From Myxococcales bacterium (GTDB lineage: Bacteria; Myxococcota_A; UBA9160; SZUA-336), in assembly GCA_013215565.1 (NCBI GenBank), contig JABSQV010000130.1:8880-72879 (forward strand): a stretch of 64,000 nt of DNA. The letters are read 5' to 3'. The notes beneath the pieces are model-generated. The model ran no database searches. It saw only the letters and a program-made list of their open reading frames with translations, and had not been told where the DNA came from. A program made the position numbers and the translations under genes. This document shows positions 8,170 through 17,774 of this stretch, one piece after another; the first letter of the stretch is position 1; each line of letters starts with the position of its first letter.

Positions 8170-10868
8170 TCTGGCTGATCGTACCCCGGCTCGGTCTTCG
8201 GCGCTGGCGGGGTCCACTCGGGGAGCGCCATCGGCTCCCGATCCTCGCGTCGAGCGATCACGGGATGGGGAGGGGCGTACTTGCCCATGAACCGCTGCAC
8301 CTCAGAGCCTAGGCGATGGAACTGATGGGCGGGCTCCAGGCGCGCCATGCACTGATCGATCAGCTCGCGTGCCTCGCGAAGGTGGTGGAACGCTTTCTCC
8401 TTGAAAGGCAGGTACGAGGTGCCCGCGCAGGCGATGGCGCGATCGAGGCATTCGAGTCCCAGCTCAGTGTGCCCATCGTTCATGTAGTGCCACGCCAGGG
8501 AGACCCAGGCGCCGGGATTGTGGGGTCGCTCAGCGAGCTCCAATCTGAGGAGCCCCTCGTAGTGGTCCAGCTTCTCGCCCATGCGATCCTCGCCGAACGA
8601 CATCCCCCGGTGCTGCAGGACGAACGGGGCGTAAGCCCAACGGGGGTGCTGGTTGCGCGCGACCATCGCCGACCGGGCATTGTTGAAGCCCTCATGCACC
8701 CGACCGTCCATCCGCATCTCGGGCACCAGCTTGGTCATGCGCACCGAGTCGCTGATCGTGGGGGTCTCGTTCTCGGCGCGGTAGTTCGCGGTCTGCACCA
8801 GCCACCCTGACCGATCGCTCTCGGCCATCCGTCGAAGGGCGCGGGCGTCGGCCAGGTGCTCGTGGAGCCACTCATCGGGATCGAAAAAGAGAGCCCAGCC
8901 CAGGCCCTTGTGGTCCTCGGTGCCCTTCGCGGCGAGCAGGGAGTCGATCCCCGCGTTCCTCGCCTCGGCGATGTGATTGTCAAGCGGTTGGTGAACCCAC
9001 CGGCACCCGTGCTTCCAGGCCACCGCAGCAAGAGCATGGGACGGCCCGGTCGGGAACCAACCATCCTCACCGTCCTCGTACCCGCCAGGGTCGATGGACC
9101 TGTCGAGGCTCCCAGGCTTCATCGTCCAGAGTTTGTCATGCTCAGCCCACTCATCGGTCCAGACCAGCGCCGATGTGTCAATGACCCCGTGGAGCACATC
9201 GAGCCAACGGGCGATGTCTTCGGGCAACTCCTTGCCGTAGGTCAGCATGTGCAGCCCGATCCCGTTGCGCGGGTGCCACGCCTGCATCCTCATCGAGTCC
9301 TGCGACTCGGCGCCCAGACCTCGCCGGTCCCGATCCTGCGGTCGCATCAGCCCGTACCGCCGCAGACGGATCGAGGCGATCCGCGTGCTCTCGGGAGCGA
9401 AGTAGGGAGCCCAGGACGGCTGGTCCTTGAGCCACCCGCGACCGTCGAGTCGCCACAGTCGGGTCGCGTGAGTCGGTCCGCCCGTCCAGGTGTTGTCGTC
9501 GCCGAAGGGTGCATCGACCCTGCAGAGCCGACCCGTGTCCCAGTGGTGGACGAACGAGAGATCCCACGCCCTGACTCTCGGGTCGGGGTGAGAGCACAAC
9601 CTCAGAAGGTGGTCTCGGTTGACGCGGTCTTCGACCAGCTCATCCTTCTCCAGAGCCAGCGCCCAGGTGCCGCCGACCGACTGGGCCATCTCCATCAGCT
9701 TGCCGCGCTCGGCCGACACGTCCCGGTCCTTGTCCCAGACCTGCACTTTGACCGTGTTGTTGCCCTTGTGCCCGACCTTCGAACGAACCCACTTGCCGAA
9801 CTGCCTCGCGATGGCCTTGGCCGTGCCGCCGTCGCAGACCTTGAGCAGCGCCACCATGTCCTCGTCGAGGAGTTCCTGCTCGCGGGCCTGGGCGAACTCG
9901 GGGTCGCCCTGCATATCCAGCGGGTTGTTCAGCAGCAGGATCGCGAACCGGGGACACAGCTTCGATGCCCGTCGGAGGGACATCCGCAGGAGTTGCAGAT
10001 CGTGCCAGGTCTTGATCCCGCAGCGGTACACCGCGCAGATGGTCGGATCGTCGTCGGTGTCGTGCTTGTCGTAGAAGTCGATCCGCTCTCGGATCGATCC
10101 CGGCTTGCGATGACCCTGAGCCACGGGAGCCATGCTGCTGATGAAGCACCCCTCGACCACGGCCGTCCTGAAGCCAGCCCGATCGGCACGCAGGCACAGA
10201 TCAGACATCGCCCAGTCGCCCAACTTGGTGTCGAGGACGTGTCCGTCGTCGGCGACCAACTTCGCGACCAGCTCTGCCTTCATCATCACAGCCAGGCCGT
10301 CGACCTCATCGGCCGCACCGACCACGTCCTTGAAGTGCGAGGCGCGCGCCGCCGCGTACTCCTCGAGACCCATCGCCGCTTCCTCCTCGGTGAGAGGCAC
10401 GCGCTGGGATGGGTTGGCGCTCTGGTCGGTCACGGGTCCGACGATGCCGATGGCGCCGTAGCCCAGCGCGGGCATCTGCTTGTCGGTGCCGAGCAGGATG
10501 CTGGTCGGGAACATGCCCTGCTCCAGACCCTGCAACCACCCGATCGGCAGAACCGCGTCGGCGGAGATCATGACGACCCTTGGGGGCAGCTTCGCGCCTC
10601 GGACCACGTAGTCGAGCGCCTCCAGCTCGGTGCCCTCGAAATCGAGTCCCATGATCGCGCTGCCCTGCGGAGCCGTGACCCTGGCCGCGACCATCTCGAC
10701 GTGATCGCCGTACTCCCCGATCCCCACGGCAACGATGTGCGCGGTCTTGTCGCCGAGGGTCTGCATAACCGACAGGAGCTGGTTGGCGGCCTTCTCGGGG
10801 TCGTCGGTCGCGAACACGATCAGGTAGTCATACTCAGGGGCCGGTGGCCCGCTCTCGGTCTTGGTCAT
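8166..10868 (-). CDS. large multidomain glycosyltransferase (~900 aa) with C-terminal TPR-like region
   Basis: Probable start MTKTESGPP; N-terminal Rossmann-like segment YDYLIVFATDD, DxD-type acidic motifs, long helical C-terminus; embedded within virion structural operon. Confidence 0.6.
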   Translation of the reverse strand: MTKTESGPPAPEYDYLIVFATDDPEKAANQLLSVMQTLGDKTAHIVAVGIGEYGDHVEMVAARVTAPQGSAIMGLDFEGTELEALDYVVRGAKLPPRVVMISADAVLPIGWLQGLEQGMFPTSILLGTDKQMPALGYGAIGIVGPVTDQSANPSQRVPLTEEEAAMGLEEYAAARASHFKDVVGAADEVDGLAVMMKAELVAKLVADDGHVLDTKLGDWAMSDLCLRADRAGFRTAVVEGCFISSMAPVAQGHRKPGSIRERIDFYDKHDTDDDPTICAVYRCGIKTWHDLQLLRMSLRRASKLCPRFAILLLNNPLDMQGDPEFAQAREQELLDEDMVALLKVCDGGTAKAIARQFGKWVRSKVGHKGNNTVKVQVWDKDRDVSAERGKLMEMAQSVGGTWALALEKDELVEDRVNRDHLLRLCSHPDPRVRAWDLSFVHHWDTGRLCRVDAPFGDDNTWTGGPTHATRLWRLDGRGWLKDQPSWAPYFAPESTRIASIRLRRYGLMRPQDRDRRGLGAESQDSMRMQAWHPRNGIGLHMLTYGKELPEDIARWLDVLHGVIDTSALVWTDEWAEHDKLWTMKPGSLDRSIDPGGYEDGEDGWFPTGPSHALAAVAWKHGCRWVHQPLDNHIAEARNAGIDSLLAAKGTEDHKGLGWALFFDPDEWLHEHLADARALRRMAESDRSGWLVQTANYRAENETPTISDSVRMTKLVPEMRMDGRVHEGFNNARSAMVARNQHPRWAYAPFVLQHRGMSFGEDRMGEKLDHYEGLLRLELAERPHNPGAWVSLAWHYMNDGHTELGLECLDRAIACAGTSYLPFKEKAFHHLREARELIDQCMARLEPAHQFHRLGSEVQRFMGKYAPPHPVIARREDREPMALPEWTPPAPKTEPGYDQPE

Positions 10869-10960
10869 GTTTCGCCTCGCTGGCGTCAGGTTGCTACCCG
10901 TGTACCACGCTAGGGGTAGTCGGCTCAAGATCACGGGCTACGATGGCGATGGAGGTGCCT

Positions 10961-11605
10961 ATGTCCATCACGGGAATGTCTGACCGCCTGATCACGGTGA
11001 AGAGGCGATCGTCCGATGTGCTCACCCCGGTGGTCGCTGCCGCCTCGCACTCGGCAGATGTCCAGCCGCCCGTCGATAGCCACATCGAGGTCGCGATCAG
11101 CGGGGGCACCTCGAACACGGGGACCGTCACCGTGCTCGGGCTGGTCGGCGGGGTGCCTGACAGCGAGGTGCTGACCTTCAACGGGATCGCGCTCACCCAG
11201 GCCACGACCAAGCGGTTCGATGCGGGCGGGCTCGACACCCCCGCCTTCACCACGACGGATCTGACCGACGAGGCCACGGTCCCGACCATCACGGCCAGGT
11301 CGGTCGGCAGCGACGGATCGCGAGAGCACTCGGCGGCGACAGTCATCACCGATTGGCCAGCTCGGTTCGATCGGGGTCGGGCGAGCTGGCCCAACTCACC
11401 CGCTGGACGAGGGGCGGTTGAGAAAACCCGGTTCTACGTCGACTACACGACCGTGTGGGATCCCAGGCGCGGCGACGTGATCCTCGACCAGAGCAACGGC
11501 GACCAATTCAAGGTGCATGGCCAGCCAGACCTGCACGGTGCGAGCTTGACCCCCCACCACTGGGAGATCGAGGTTCGAGAGAACAAGGGCGCCGACGCGA
11601 ACTAG
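10961..11605 (+). CDS. hypothetical protein, divergent from glycosyltransferase
   Basis: ATG at 10961 with GGAGG SD 5 nt upstream; 214-aa Thr/Gly-rich beta-type protein; only plus-strand gene inside structural operon. Confidence 0.5.
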   Translation: MSITGMSDRLITVKRRSSDVLTPVVAAASHSADVQPPVDSHIEVAISGGTSNTGTVTVLGLVGGVPDSEVLTFNGIALTQATTKRFDAGGLDTPAFTTTDLTDEATVPTITARSVGSDGSREHSAATVITDWPARFDRGRASWPNSPAGRGAVEKTRFYVDYTTVWDPRRGDVILDQSNGDQFKVHGQPDLHGASLTPHHWEIEVRENKGADAN

Positions 11606-11693
11606 AACGGTACTTGCTGGCGAGCCGCGCATCGATGCGCGCGTTGACCAGGGTGGACTTGTACTGCTCGCGGAGGTTGTCGGTGTCGGTCAT
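11508..11693 (-). CDS. small hypothetical protein preceded by start-associated repeat
   Basis: ATG at 11693 abutting conserved repeat; N-terminal half protein-like (MTDTDNLREQYKSTLVNARIDARLASKY), C-terminal half low-complexity and overlapping convergent gene, so true extent uncertain. Confidence 0.3.
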   Translation of the reverse strand: MTDTDNLREQYKSTLVNARIDARLASKYRSSSRRRPCSLEPRSPSGGGSSSHRAGLAGHAP

Positions 11694-11757
11694 GATCTGC
11701 TCTCTGTTGGTAGGTCCATCCTACTTGGCAGATCACAGATTGGATACCGGCGAACCT
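11694..11757 (-). repeat. start-associated repeat, type A
   Basis: CTCTCTGTTGGTAGGTCCATCCTAC core then 18 bp then GGATACCGGCGAACC. Confidence 0.8.
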
Positions 11758-12358
11758 AGCTTTCCTTCGGGGCGTCCACGGGCTTCGGCTTCGGGGCGGG
11801 CTTCGGCTTCGGGCGCTTGGTCTTGGGCTTCGCTGGTGCCGGCTCGGCGGCGGCTGGCGCGGTCTTCGGCTTCGCGGCGGCCTGCGCCTGCGGTTGGGGA
11901 GCGAGGGCGACTGGGCGGCGCGGCACGCGCTCGGCTCGGCGCGGCTGGAAGGGGGCCATCAACTCCTTCGGCGTTTCGATGATCGCGCCGGGGTGAACGT
12001 CGAGGGCGGTCGCCCCCGATCCCTGGACGAGATGGTACACGGTGAAGGTGCCGTCGAACTTGGCGAGCGCCTTGGTCAGCTTTCCCTTGGGGGTGGGTTG
12101 CGAAGTCGTGATCACCAGTACCGCCTGGTCGACGACTCGGGAGACCTGACGGGCGAGGAATGCTTCATCCCCGCCATAGACGACCGTGACCCCAGTCCCG
12201 AGCAGCCGCTCACAGTCCTTGGACGAGGACAGGTCGACCACGCGCGCTCGGCCCCACCTCTTCTTGCCGTCGGCGTCGACGGCGAAGATCACGCCGCATC
12301 GGAGCAGCTCATCGCGTCGGGGGTGGGTCAGCGAGTCGATGAAGCCAAGACGTGGCAT
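11756..12358 (-). CDS. hypothetical protein with C-terminal Pro/Ala/Lys-rich histone-like tail
   Basis: ATG at 12358 with GGAGG SD; 200 aa; C-terminus PQAQAAAKPKTAPAAAEPAPAKPKTKRPKPKPAPKPKP resembles actinobacterial HupB/H1-like tails. Confidence 0.5.
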   Translation of the reverse strand: MPRLGFIDSLTHPRRDELLRCGVIFAVDADGKKRWGRARVVDLSSSKDCERLLGTGVTVVYGGDEAFLARQVSRVVDQAVLVITTSQPTPKGKLTKALAKFDGTFTVYHLVQGSGATALDVHPGAIIETPKELMAPFQPRRAERVPRRPVALAPQPQAQAAAKPKTAPAAAEPAPAKPKTKRPKPKPAPKPKPVDAPKES

Positions 12359-12388
12359 GGAGACCTCCGAGATCGCCAGGGTAACACG

Positions 12389-12739
12389 TCAGCCGCAGCT
12401 CCCGCCGAACCCGCAAATGGTGCATTGCTTGCAGGCGCCCATCTGTGCCATCTGGCCGCCGCACCCGAGATCTGGGCAGATGTCGACGATATCCGAGAGC
12501 TGCAACATCCCCAGCGCCGACACGCCCAGATCGAGCTTCGGCAGCTCGATCACCTCGGGCTCTACTGCGTGAGGCACGCGACCCAGATCACCATCGAGCC
12601 AGCTGTCCAGCTCGCGGGGCCAATTCTCGGCCTCGCCGTCTGGGGCCGTCCAGTCGTGGTCCCCGTCCTCATGCGGATCGCGGTGACATCGGCGCCCACC
12701 ATAGGTGCTGTCACATTGCGGGCGTGGGTGGGCGGTCAT
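12389..12739 (-). CDS. Cys-rich hypothetical protein
   Basis: 116-aa ORF, C-terminal CPDLGCGGQMAQMGACKQCTICGFGGSCG. Confidence 0.4.
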   Translation of the reverse strand: MTAHPRPQCDSTYGGRRCHRDPHEDGDHDWTAPDGEAENWPRELDSWLDGDLGRVPHAVEPEVIELPKLDLGVSALGMLQLSDIVDICPDLGCGGQMAQMGACKQCTICGFGGSCG

Positions 12740-12778
12740 GCTGGGCGGCTCCTGTCGGCGGGTATCGGGTTCGCGGGT

Positions 12779-13135
12779 CTACCCGATGCTCTCGGCCTCG
12801 AGGATCGCATCGACCAACTCCTCGTCGCCCATCTTGCTCCGACCCTTGATCTTCAGGGTCCGTGCGAGCTGGTTCCTGCTGCCCGACTCCATCGCCAGCA
12901 GCTCATCGCGGCGGGACGGCTCAGCGGTCTTCTTGGGCTCAGTCTTCTTGGGCTCGGGCTTGACGGCCTCGACCTCGACGAACCCGTGCAGCCGCTTGAG
13001 GATCGCAACGGTCGCGCGATGGTTGACGGCGACGCGGACCTTGCCGCCATCCACGGCGATCAGCTCGACGTTCTCGGACGCGGTCCGAATGATCTTCCTG
13101 TCTCTTGCGCGCGCTTGGCGCTCCATCACGAACAT
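12779..13135 (-). CDS. hypothetical protein with C-terminal Rho_N/SAP-like motif
   Basis: C-terminus MESGSRNQLARTLKIKGRSKMGDEELVDAILEA matches Rho termination factor N-terminal-like helix-hairpin pattern. Confidence 0.5.
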   Translation of the reverse strand: MFVMERQARARDRKIIRTASENVELIAVDGGKVRVAVNHRATVAILKRLHGFVEVEAVKPEPKKTEPKKTAEPSRRDELLAMESGSRNQLARTLKIKGRSKMGDEELVDAILEAESIG

Positions 13136-13143
13136 GGGATCTC

Positions 13144-13785
13144 CTATGAGCCTGGGGCGAAGGGTCGAATGAGGCCACCGAGGATCAGGCTGACATCGGG
13201 CGGCAGATATCCGCGTCCCGATCCACCAGCCCCAACGCCGGCGCCGGCAACACCGGCCGCCAACTTGTAGCTGTACTGCCCGATCTTCTCCGAGTCGAGC
13301 CCCAGCTTGGACCCGCCAGTGTTGAAGCGGTAGGCAGCGAGAATGGTCGCGGCACCACAGAGGGCAACGAGGTTCTCATCCCCAGCGGCCCACCCCGCCG
13401 TGTGGGTGACCTCGATGTGCTGTCGGCCGCAGGGCAGGGAGAACGGAGCCCCGGCGCTGGTCTTGAAGCAGAGGAGCCCCATCGGGCGGGGGCGGCCCAG
13501 GTAGTAGGTGTCGGCATCTTGGACCGTGCCGTCGAACTTCACCTCGGTCACCCCGGTGGCGAGGACCACGGGGTACTGAACGAGCCAGAAGCCCTCGGTT
13601 CCGAAGTCGAGGACATCGTAGGTCTCGGTGTACGAGGTCGGGTCGGTGTCGGTGAGTTGGAACAGACCGAAGAAGTAGGCGTTGACCCCAGCGACGATCG
13701 TGGTCAGGCGAGCGTCATGGGTCGTGTCCGCAGCGGGGATCCGCAGCTCCTCTTTGACCTTCGCCAGTGTGGTGAATCCTGCCAC
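13144..13785 (-). CDS. head-tail connector protein (gp6-like)
   Basis: N-terminus MAGFTTLAKVKEELRIPAADTTHDARLTTIVAGVNAYF is the characteristic head-tail connector/gp6 signature (LxxVKxxLRI..D..D..L). Confidence 0.6.
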   Translation of the reverse strand: MAGFTTLAKVKEELRIPAADTTHDARLTTIVAGVNAYFFGLFQLTDTDPTSYTETYDVLDFGTEGFWLVQYPVVLATGVTEVKFDGTVQDADTYYLGRPRPMGLLCFKTSAGAPFSLPCGRQHIEVTHTAGWAAGDENLVALCGAATILAAYRFNTGGSKLGLDSEKIGQYSYKLAAGVAGAGVGAGGSGRGYLPPDVSLILGGLIRPFAPGS

Positions 13786-13794
13786 GAACTACTC

Positions 13795-14193
13795 CTACGC
13801 GGCGGCTGCGCGTGCCTCGCGAATGCGGATCTGGAGTTGCTCGCGAGACCCAGCGCCCGAGACCTTGAGATCCTTGGCCTTGACCTGCAGCTCGCGGAAT
13901 GTCAGGGCGGAGAGATCCTCGCCCATCGTCTTGTCCCACATGTTGGTCACGTCCCGCCACCGACCAGTGCGGCGGGCGTTCTCGGCAGCGGCTTCGAACT
14001 GCGTACCGATCGGGAAGAAGATGGTCATGTAGTTCTGACCGTTGGGGTGCTTGATCCGCTTCGCCTCGATGTTCGCGGAGTAGCTGTTGAATCGGGGCTT
14101 GGCGCTCGACTCGATCGGGACGATCGTGTGGACCATCACGCGATGGTAGGTGCCTTCGGCGGGCGGTGTGTCCATCGGTACGGGTACGGGCAT
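13795..14193 (-). CDS. hypothetical protein with C-terminal Rho_N/SAP-like motif
   Basis: C-terminus LSALTFRELQVKAKDLKVSGAGSREQLQIRIREA. Confidence 0.5.
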   Translation of the reverse strand: MPVPVPMDTPPAEGTYHRVMVHTIVPIESSAKPRFNSYSANIEAKRIKHPNGQNYMTIFFPIGTQFEAAAENARRTGRWRDVTNMWDKTMGEDLSALTFRELQVKAKDLKVSGAGSREQLQIRIREARAAAA

Positions 14194-14208
14194 CTGGCCT
14201 CCTGGGAT

Positions 14209-14292
14209 TGGTTGCGGTGGCGGGACTCGAACCCGCGGCCTCCAGAATATGAACCTGGCGAGCTACCAACTGCTCCACACGCGCCATCGCAG
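14209..14292 (-). tRNA. tRNA-like element, anticodon loop TTCATAT (CAT, Met-like); 5' acceptor strand does not pair
   Basis: RC reads ...TGGAGCAGTTGGTAGCTCGCCAGGTTCATATTCTGGAGGCCGCGGGTTCGAGTCCCGCCACCGCAACCA: good D arm, anticodon arm, T arm GCGGG-TTCGAGT-CCCGC and CCA, but no complement of 3' acceptor CACCGCA at the 5' side. Confidence 0.45.
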
Positions 14293-14394
14293 ATTAGCAT
14301 GGGTCTGCAGATCAGACCATGTAGGGGGCAGCGTGCCCCGAGTCGATCAGGGCATCGTTGACCGAGACCGCTGCCGGATCGGAGCTCCAAGATG

Positions 14395-14492
14395 TGGCGG
14401 GAGGTTGGGGGATTCGAACGCCCACCCCCTTTCGAGGGCCTCGACCTCTGGGTCGTGGACGGCACGCCAACACCGCTACGGACCGCCCGCCA
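14395..14492 (-). tRNA. second tRNA-like element (TTCGAAT T-loop and CCA), cloverleaf not resolvable by eye
   Basis: RC contains GGGCGTTCGAATCCCCCAACCTCCCGCCA and a 7-bp acceptor pairing TGGCGGG/CCCGCCA, palindromic TCGAGGCCCTCGA possible variable arm; fold uncertain. Confidence 0.3.
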
Positions 14493-14569
14493 CGATCCCA
14501 TCCTAACGCAGAGGCGCCCGCTCCAGCGGGATGCCGAGGCGGGCGCAACACCTAAACAGGGTGTCAGGT

Positions 14570-15547
14570 CTAGGCAGCGATCCCGACGAGGATGGCGGCA
14601 CCCAGGGTGTTGGCGAGGGTGAGCGCGCCGTCCCAGAAGATGTCGAACTCGTCGAACTGGCTCGAGGACTTCGCCAGCGGCATCACGGTGAGCGGGGTCA
14701 ACTCGGCGATGTAGCAGTAGCGGGTGTTGACCACGATGATCGCGGTCGTCACGGATCCGCTGTAGGCGGTGACCTTGGTCCCGTTGAAGGTCAGCACATC
14801 GGGCATGCCCGTCGTGGTGATTAGGGGGATCCCATCGTAGGTCCGGACGCGGAAGCCGGCCGCGATCTCGACCATGTCGTTGAACTGCTGCTGAGCCTGG
14901 AGCTGCGCGTTCAGGAGTCGCCGACCCTTGCGGCTGGCGAGGATGACGAGATCGGATCGGTTGCCCGAGCCCTTCACCGCGTCGATGGTCTCGTCCAGCT
15001 TGTCGAGGGTGAGCGCGTCACCGGTCACCGTCGTGGTCTGCAGGATGATCTGCGAGGCGGTGGCCTGGGTGAGCGTGATCAGCCCATCGAACTGGTCGGC
15101 GTCGATCGCGATGTCGCCCGTGACCAGGCCGTCCTCGAAGGTCTCGGAGAAGTCGCCGGTCCGCCCGACGATCTCACCGGCGAGCACGTCGCCGTAGGAG
15201 CGCCCGGTGGCCTGCAGCTTGCGAGTGACCTTGCCGCGAACGATCAGGGTCTTGCACGGGAGCGAGACCTGCACATACGTGCCGGTGCCCTCGGTGGGCT
15301 CCGTGGTGTCGTCGATCCACTCGGCCGAGGAGCCGGGGGTGCGCCGGTTGATGTACTCGGCGTTGCCCGACATCGGCTTGCGGGGCAAGACGGCGGCCGT
15401 TCCCAGTTCCCGATGATGGATCTGCTGGACGGTGCGGTTGATGTTCGTCTGGAGCAGGACGGTGCCAGCACCAGCGACGTTGAGGGCTCGTTCGAAGCGT
15501 TGACGGCGCGCCGGATCGAAACCTGCGAAAGCGGGGGAATTGCTCAT
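14570..15547 (-). CDS. major capsid protein
   Basis: 325-aa protein directly downstream of protease/scaffold ORF and upstream of connector; composition typical of HK97-fold capsid proteins. Confidence 0.65.
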   Translation of the reverse strand: MSNSPAFAGFDPARRQRFERALNVAGAGTVLLQTNINRTVQQIHHRELGTAAVLPRKPMSGNAEYINRRTPGSSAEWIDDTTEPTEGTGTYVQVSLPCKTLIVRGKVTRKLQATGRSYGDVLAGEIVGRTGDFSETFEDGLVTGDIAIDADQFDGLITLTQATASQIILQTTTVTGDALTLDKLDETIDAVKGSGNRSDLVILASRKGRRLLNAQLQAQQQFNDMVEIAAGFRVRTYDGIPLITTTGMPDVLTFNGTKVTAYSGSVTTAIIVVNTRYCYIAELTPLTVMPLAKSSSQFDEFDIFWDGALTLANTLGAAILVGIAA

Positions 15548-15574
15548 GATGGGTTCTCCGTAAGGAGCCCCTGG

Positions 15575-17668
15575 CTACTGCCAGGTGGCGCGCTCGTTGG
15601 GGTCGGTGATGATGCCGTCGTGCTCGGCGGCGACGAGGAGGGCGTGGAGTCCCTGCTCAAGGCGGACACGCTGCTCCCCGGCGAGGCCGGTGCGCGTGGT
15701 CAGCTCGGGAACGAGCTGCTGGGCGACGGCGGCCAGTGCCGGCGCGTCGGTGCGGGCGCGACCGATGAGGGTGTCATAGGCACCCTGGGCAGCGGGACCG
15801 TCGGGGATGGCCAGCGCGGAGCGGCCGACCCGGTTGGGGCGAGCGCACATCGCGGCGAGGGCATCCTCGGACGCCTTGGCGCGGGCGACGGCGGCGGCGG
15901 CCTGGTTGCGCGCTTCGGCGACCTGGGTGGGCGCGGCGCGGTCGGCCGGCGCGGGATCGGCAGTGCCGCTCGCCTTGAGCGCCGCGATATCGGTCAGCAT
16001 GGGAGCCAACGCCGCGTCGAGCAGGCTGCGGAAAGCCGCGAGGGTTTCTTCATTGACGGGCATCGCATGCTCCTCGGACGAATCGCCTTGATTGGCGATA
16101 GGTGAACTTGGGTCCGGTGGCGCGCTTCTCCGAGCGTCGACACCGATGGTAGCCGACTCGGCGCTCTCGCGCGAGTCGGCAGGTACAGATGTTGCCTCGG
16201 GCGCCGGGGTCACGGTGTGCTTCAGCGCATCCTGAACCGCAGGTCCGAGAGAACCGGTCGCCGCCGCTAGAACGGCCTCGGCTACTGCTTCCTCGGGAGC
16301 GTCGGCATCCCAGGAAACGATCACTCGACCGTCACGAACCTCGGAGCGGGCACAGGCCGCCTCGATCTGTTCGTAGGTGTTGTAGATCTCGCCCTCGGAC
16401 TCGGGCTCGGCGCGCGCGGCGGGGACATCGTCCCCATCCTTGTCGGCCTTGGCTCCGATCGGGGCGTCGTAGTCACCCTCCTCGGCCTCCTTGGAGAGCG
16501 ACTCATCGGCACCGGGATCGTCGCCGACCAGCTCGCCGGGCTCAAGGTCGTCCACGGTGCGGCCGCCCTTCAGGTATTGGTAGATCACCGTGTTCGGCGT
16601 GACCTCGGCCGCGACCACATGCCGCTCACCGAACTGCATCGCCACGCCGCTGTCATCGGTGACCACTGCGAGGAAGCCCTCATCGGCTTCGCCCTCGGCA
16701 ACGCGCTCGGTGAGGATGTCCCTGACCCGTTCGGCAACCGCTGGGGTGGTGAAGACTCGGGTGCCGTTGCCCAGGTGCTCGATCATCCGCTTGGCGCGGA
16801 CCTCGTAGGCGCTCCGCTCGATGGCGGTCCGCAGCTGAGTGATCGCGTTGGCGTCAGGGTTGGCCGGCGCTCGGGTGACGGCCAGGTGGTCGAGGTCGAC
16901 ACCCTGAACGATGACCCGCTCGACATCCCCGTCCTCGTTCTGGAGGATCTGCAGCTGGGTGAACCAGCCGCCGATGCTCTGCCCGATGATCTCTCCGCGC
17001 TTGACCCGCTTGAGGAGTGAGGCGGCAGCGATCTCGCTCGCATCGCGGTCGGCGACGACTTCTGGGATCGGGATGATCTCCATCGTGGCGCGCAGGAGGA
17101 AGTGGGTCTCGCTCTCGTTGTGTGGAGCTCGGACCTGATCCCCATCGACGGGGATGACCTCAGCGTGGACCGTCCGACCGATGATCTCGTCCCACTCGAT
17201 GGGTCCGCTCATGCCTCGATTGTGTCGCGGCAGGTACGGGATCCCGCCACCGACGATCATCTGACCCGCCATCATCTTGAGGGCGCGGAGGGACATCTCG
17301 GTCCCGTAGAAGTCGACCGAGGTGCTGCTGGCGATGCCTGCAACGAGCTGGCGACCGAACGCCTCTTCATCAGCGGTCCCCGGCTCCCCGGTCGCTGTCG
17401 GGTCGAGCAGGATCCCCTCGCCGTCGTCATCGATCACCCGCTCGGGGGGATCCACGAACGAGGTGCGGGCACTGGCCTCGACATCGAGCTGGACGGCGTT
17501 CGCCGAGAGTTGGATCGTCCCACCCTCAACAGATCGGGCGCTGGACTGCATCGGGACCGTGAACGGCACCCGGCAGCGGATCGTCCAATACGCCTGACCC
17601 TCGGCCGTGCGACCCGTCGGGGTGTTCCAGTCAAGACCAGCGAGGAAGGCGAGATGTGGCGCGCTCAT
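15575..17668 (-). CDS. prohead protease fused to scaffolding-like C-terminal region (697 aa)
   Basis: N-terminal block FYGTEMSLRALKMMAGQ...HNRGMSGPIEWDEIIGRTVH resembles HK97-type prohead protease; long acidic/Ala-rich helical C-terminus; position between portal and capsid. Confidence 0.55.
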   Translation of the reverse strand: MSAPHLAFLAGLDWNTPTGRTAEGQAYWTIRCRVPFTVPMQSSARSVEGGTIQLSANAVQLDVEASARTSFVDPPERVIDDDGEGILLDPTATGEPGTADEEAFGRQLVAGIASSTSVDFYGTEMSLRALKMMAGQMIVGGGIPYLPRHNRGMSGPIEWDEIIGRTVHAEVIPVDGDQVRAPHNESETHFLLRATMEIIPIPEVVADRDASEIAAASLLKRVKRGEIIGQSIGGWFTQLQILQNEDGDVERVIVQGVDLDHLAVTRAPANPDANAITQLRTAIERSAYEVRAKRMIEHLGNGTRVFTTPAVAERVRDILTERVAEGEADEGFLAVVTDDSGVAMQFGERHVVAAEVTPNTVIYQYLKGGRTVDDLEPGELVGDDPGADESLSKEAEEGDYDAPIGAKADKDGDDVPAARAEPESEGEIYNTYEQIEAACARSEVRDGRVIVSWDADAPEEAVAEAVLAAATGSLGPAVQDALKHTVTPAPEATSVPADSRESAESATIGVDARRSAPPDPSSPIANQGDSSEEHAMPVNEETLAAFRSLLDAALAPMLTDIAALKASGTADPAPADRAAPTQVAEARNQAAAAVARAKASEDALAAMCARPNRVGRSALAIPDGPAAQGAYDTLIGRARTDAPALAAVAQQLVPELTTRTGLAGEQRVRLEQGLHALLVAAEHDGIITDPNERATWQ

Positions 17669-17774
17669 GCGGACTCCCTAACCTCCGTCAAAGCGGGGTT
17701 GTGGTTGTCATCGGCAGAGGGTGCGCCTCATCGGGCGTCGTCCCGGCCAGACTAGCCCCCTCCCATAGGTCTCG

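Noticed and set aside
8856-10913. 685-aa plus-strand ORF
   Set aside because: Antisense to the glycosyltransferase; P/R/G-rich low-complexity translation
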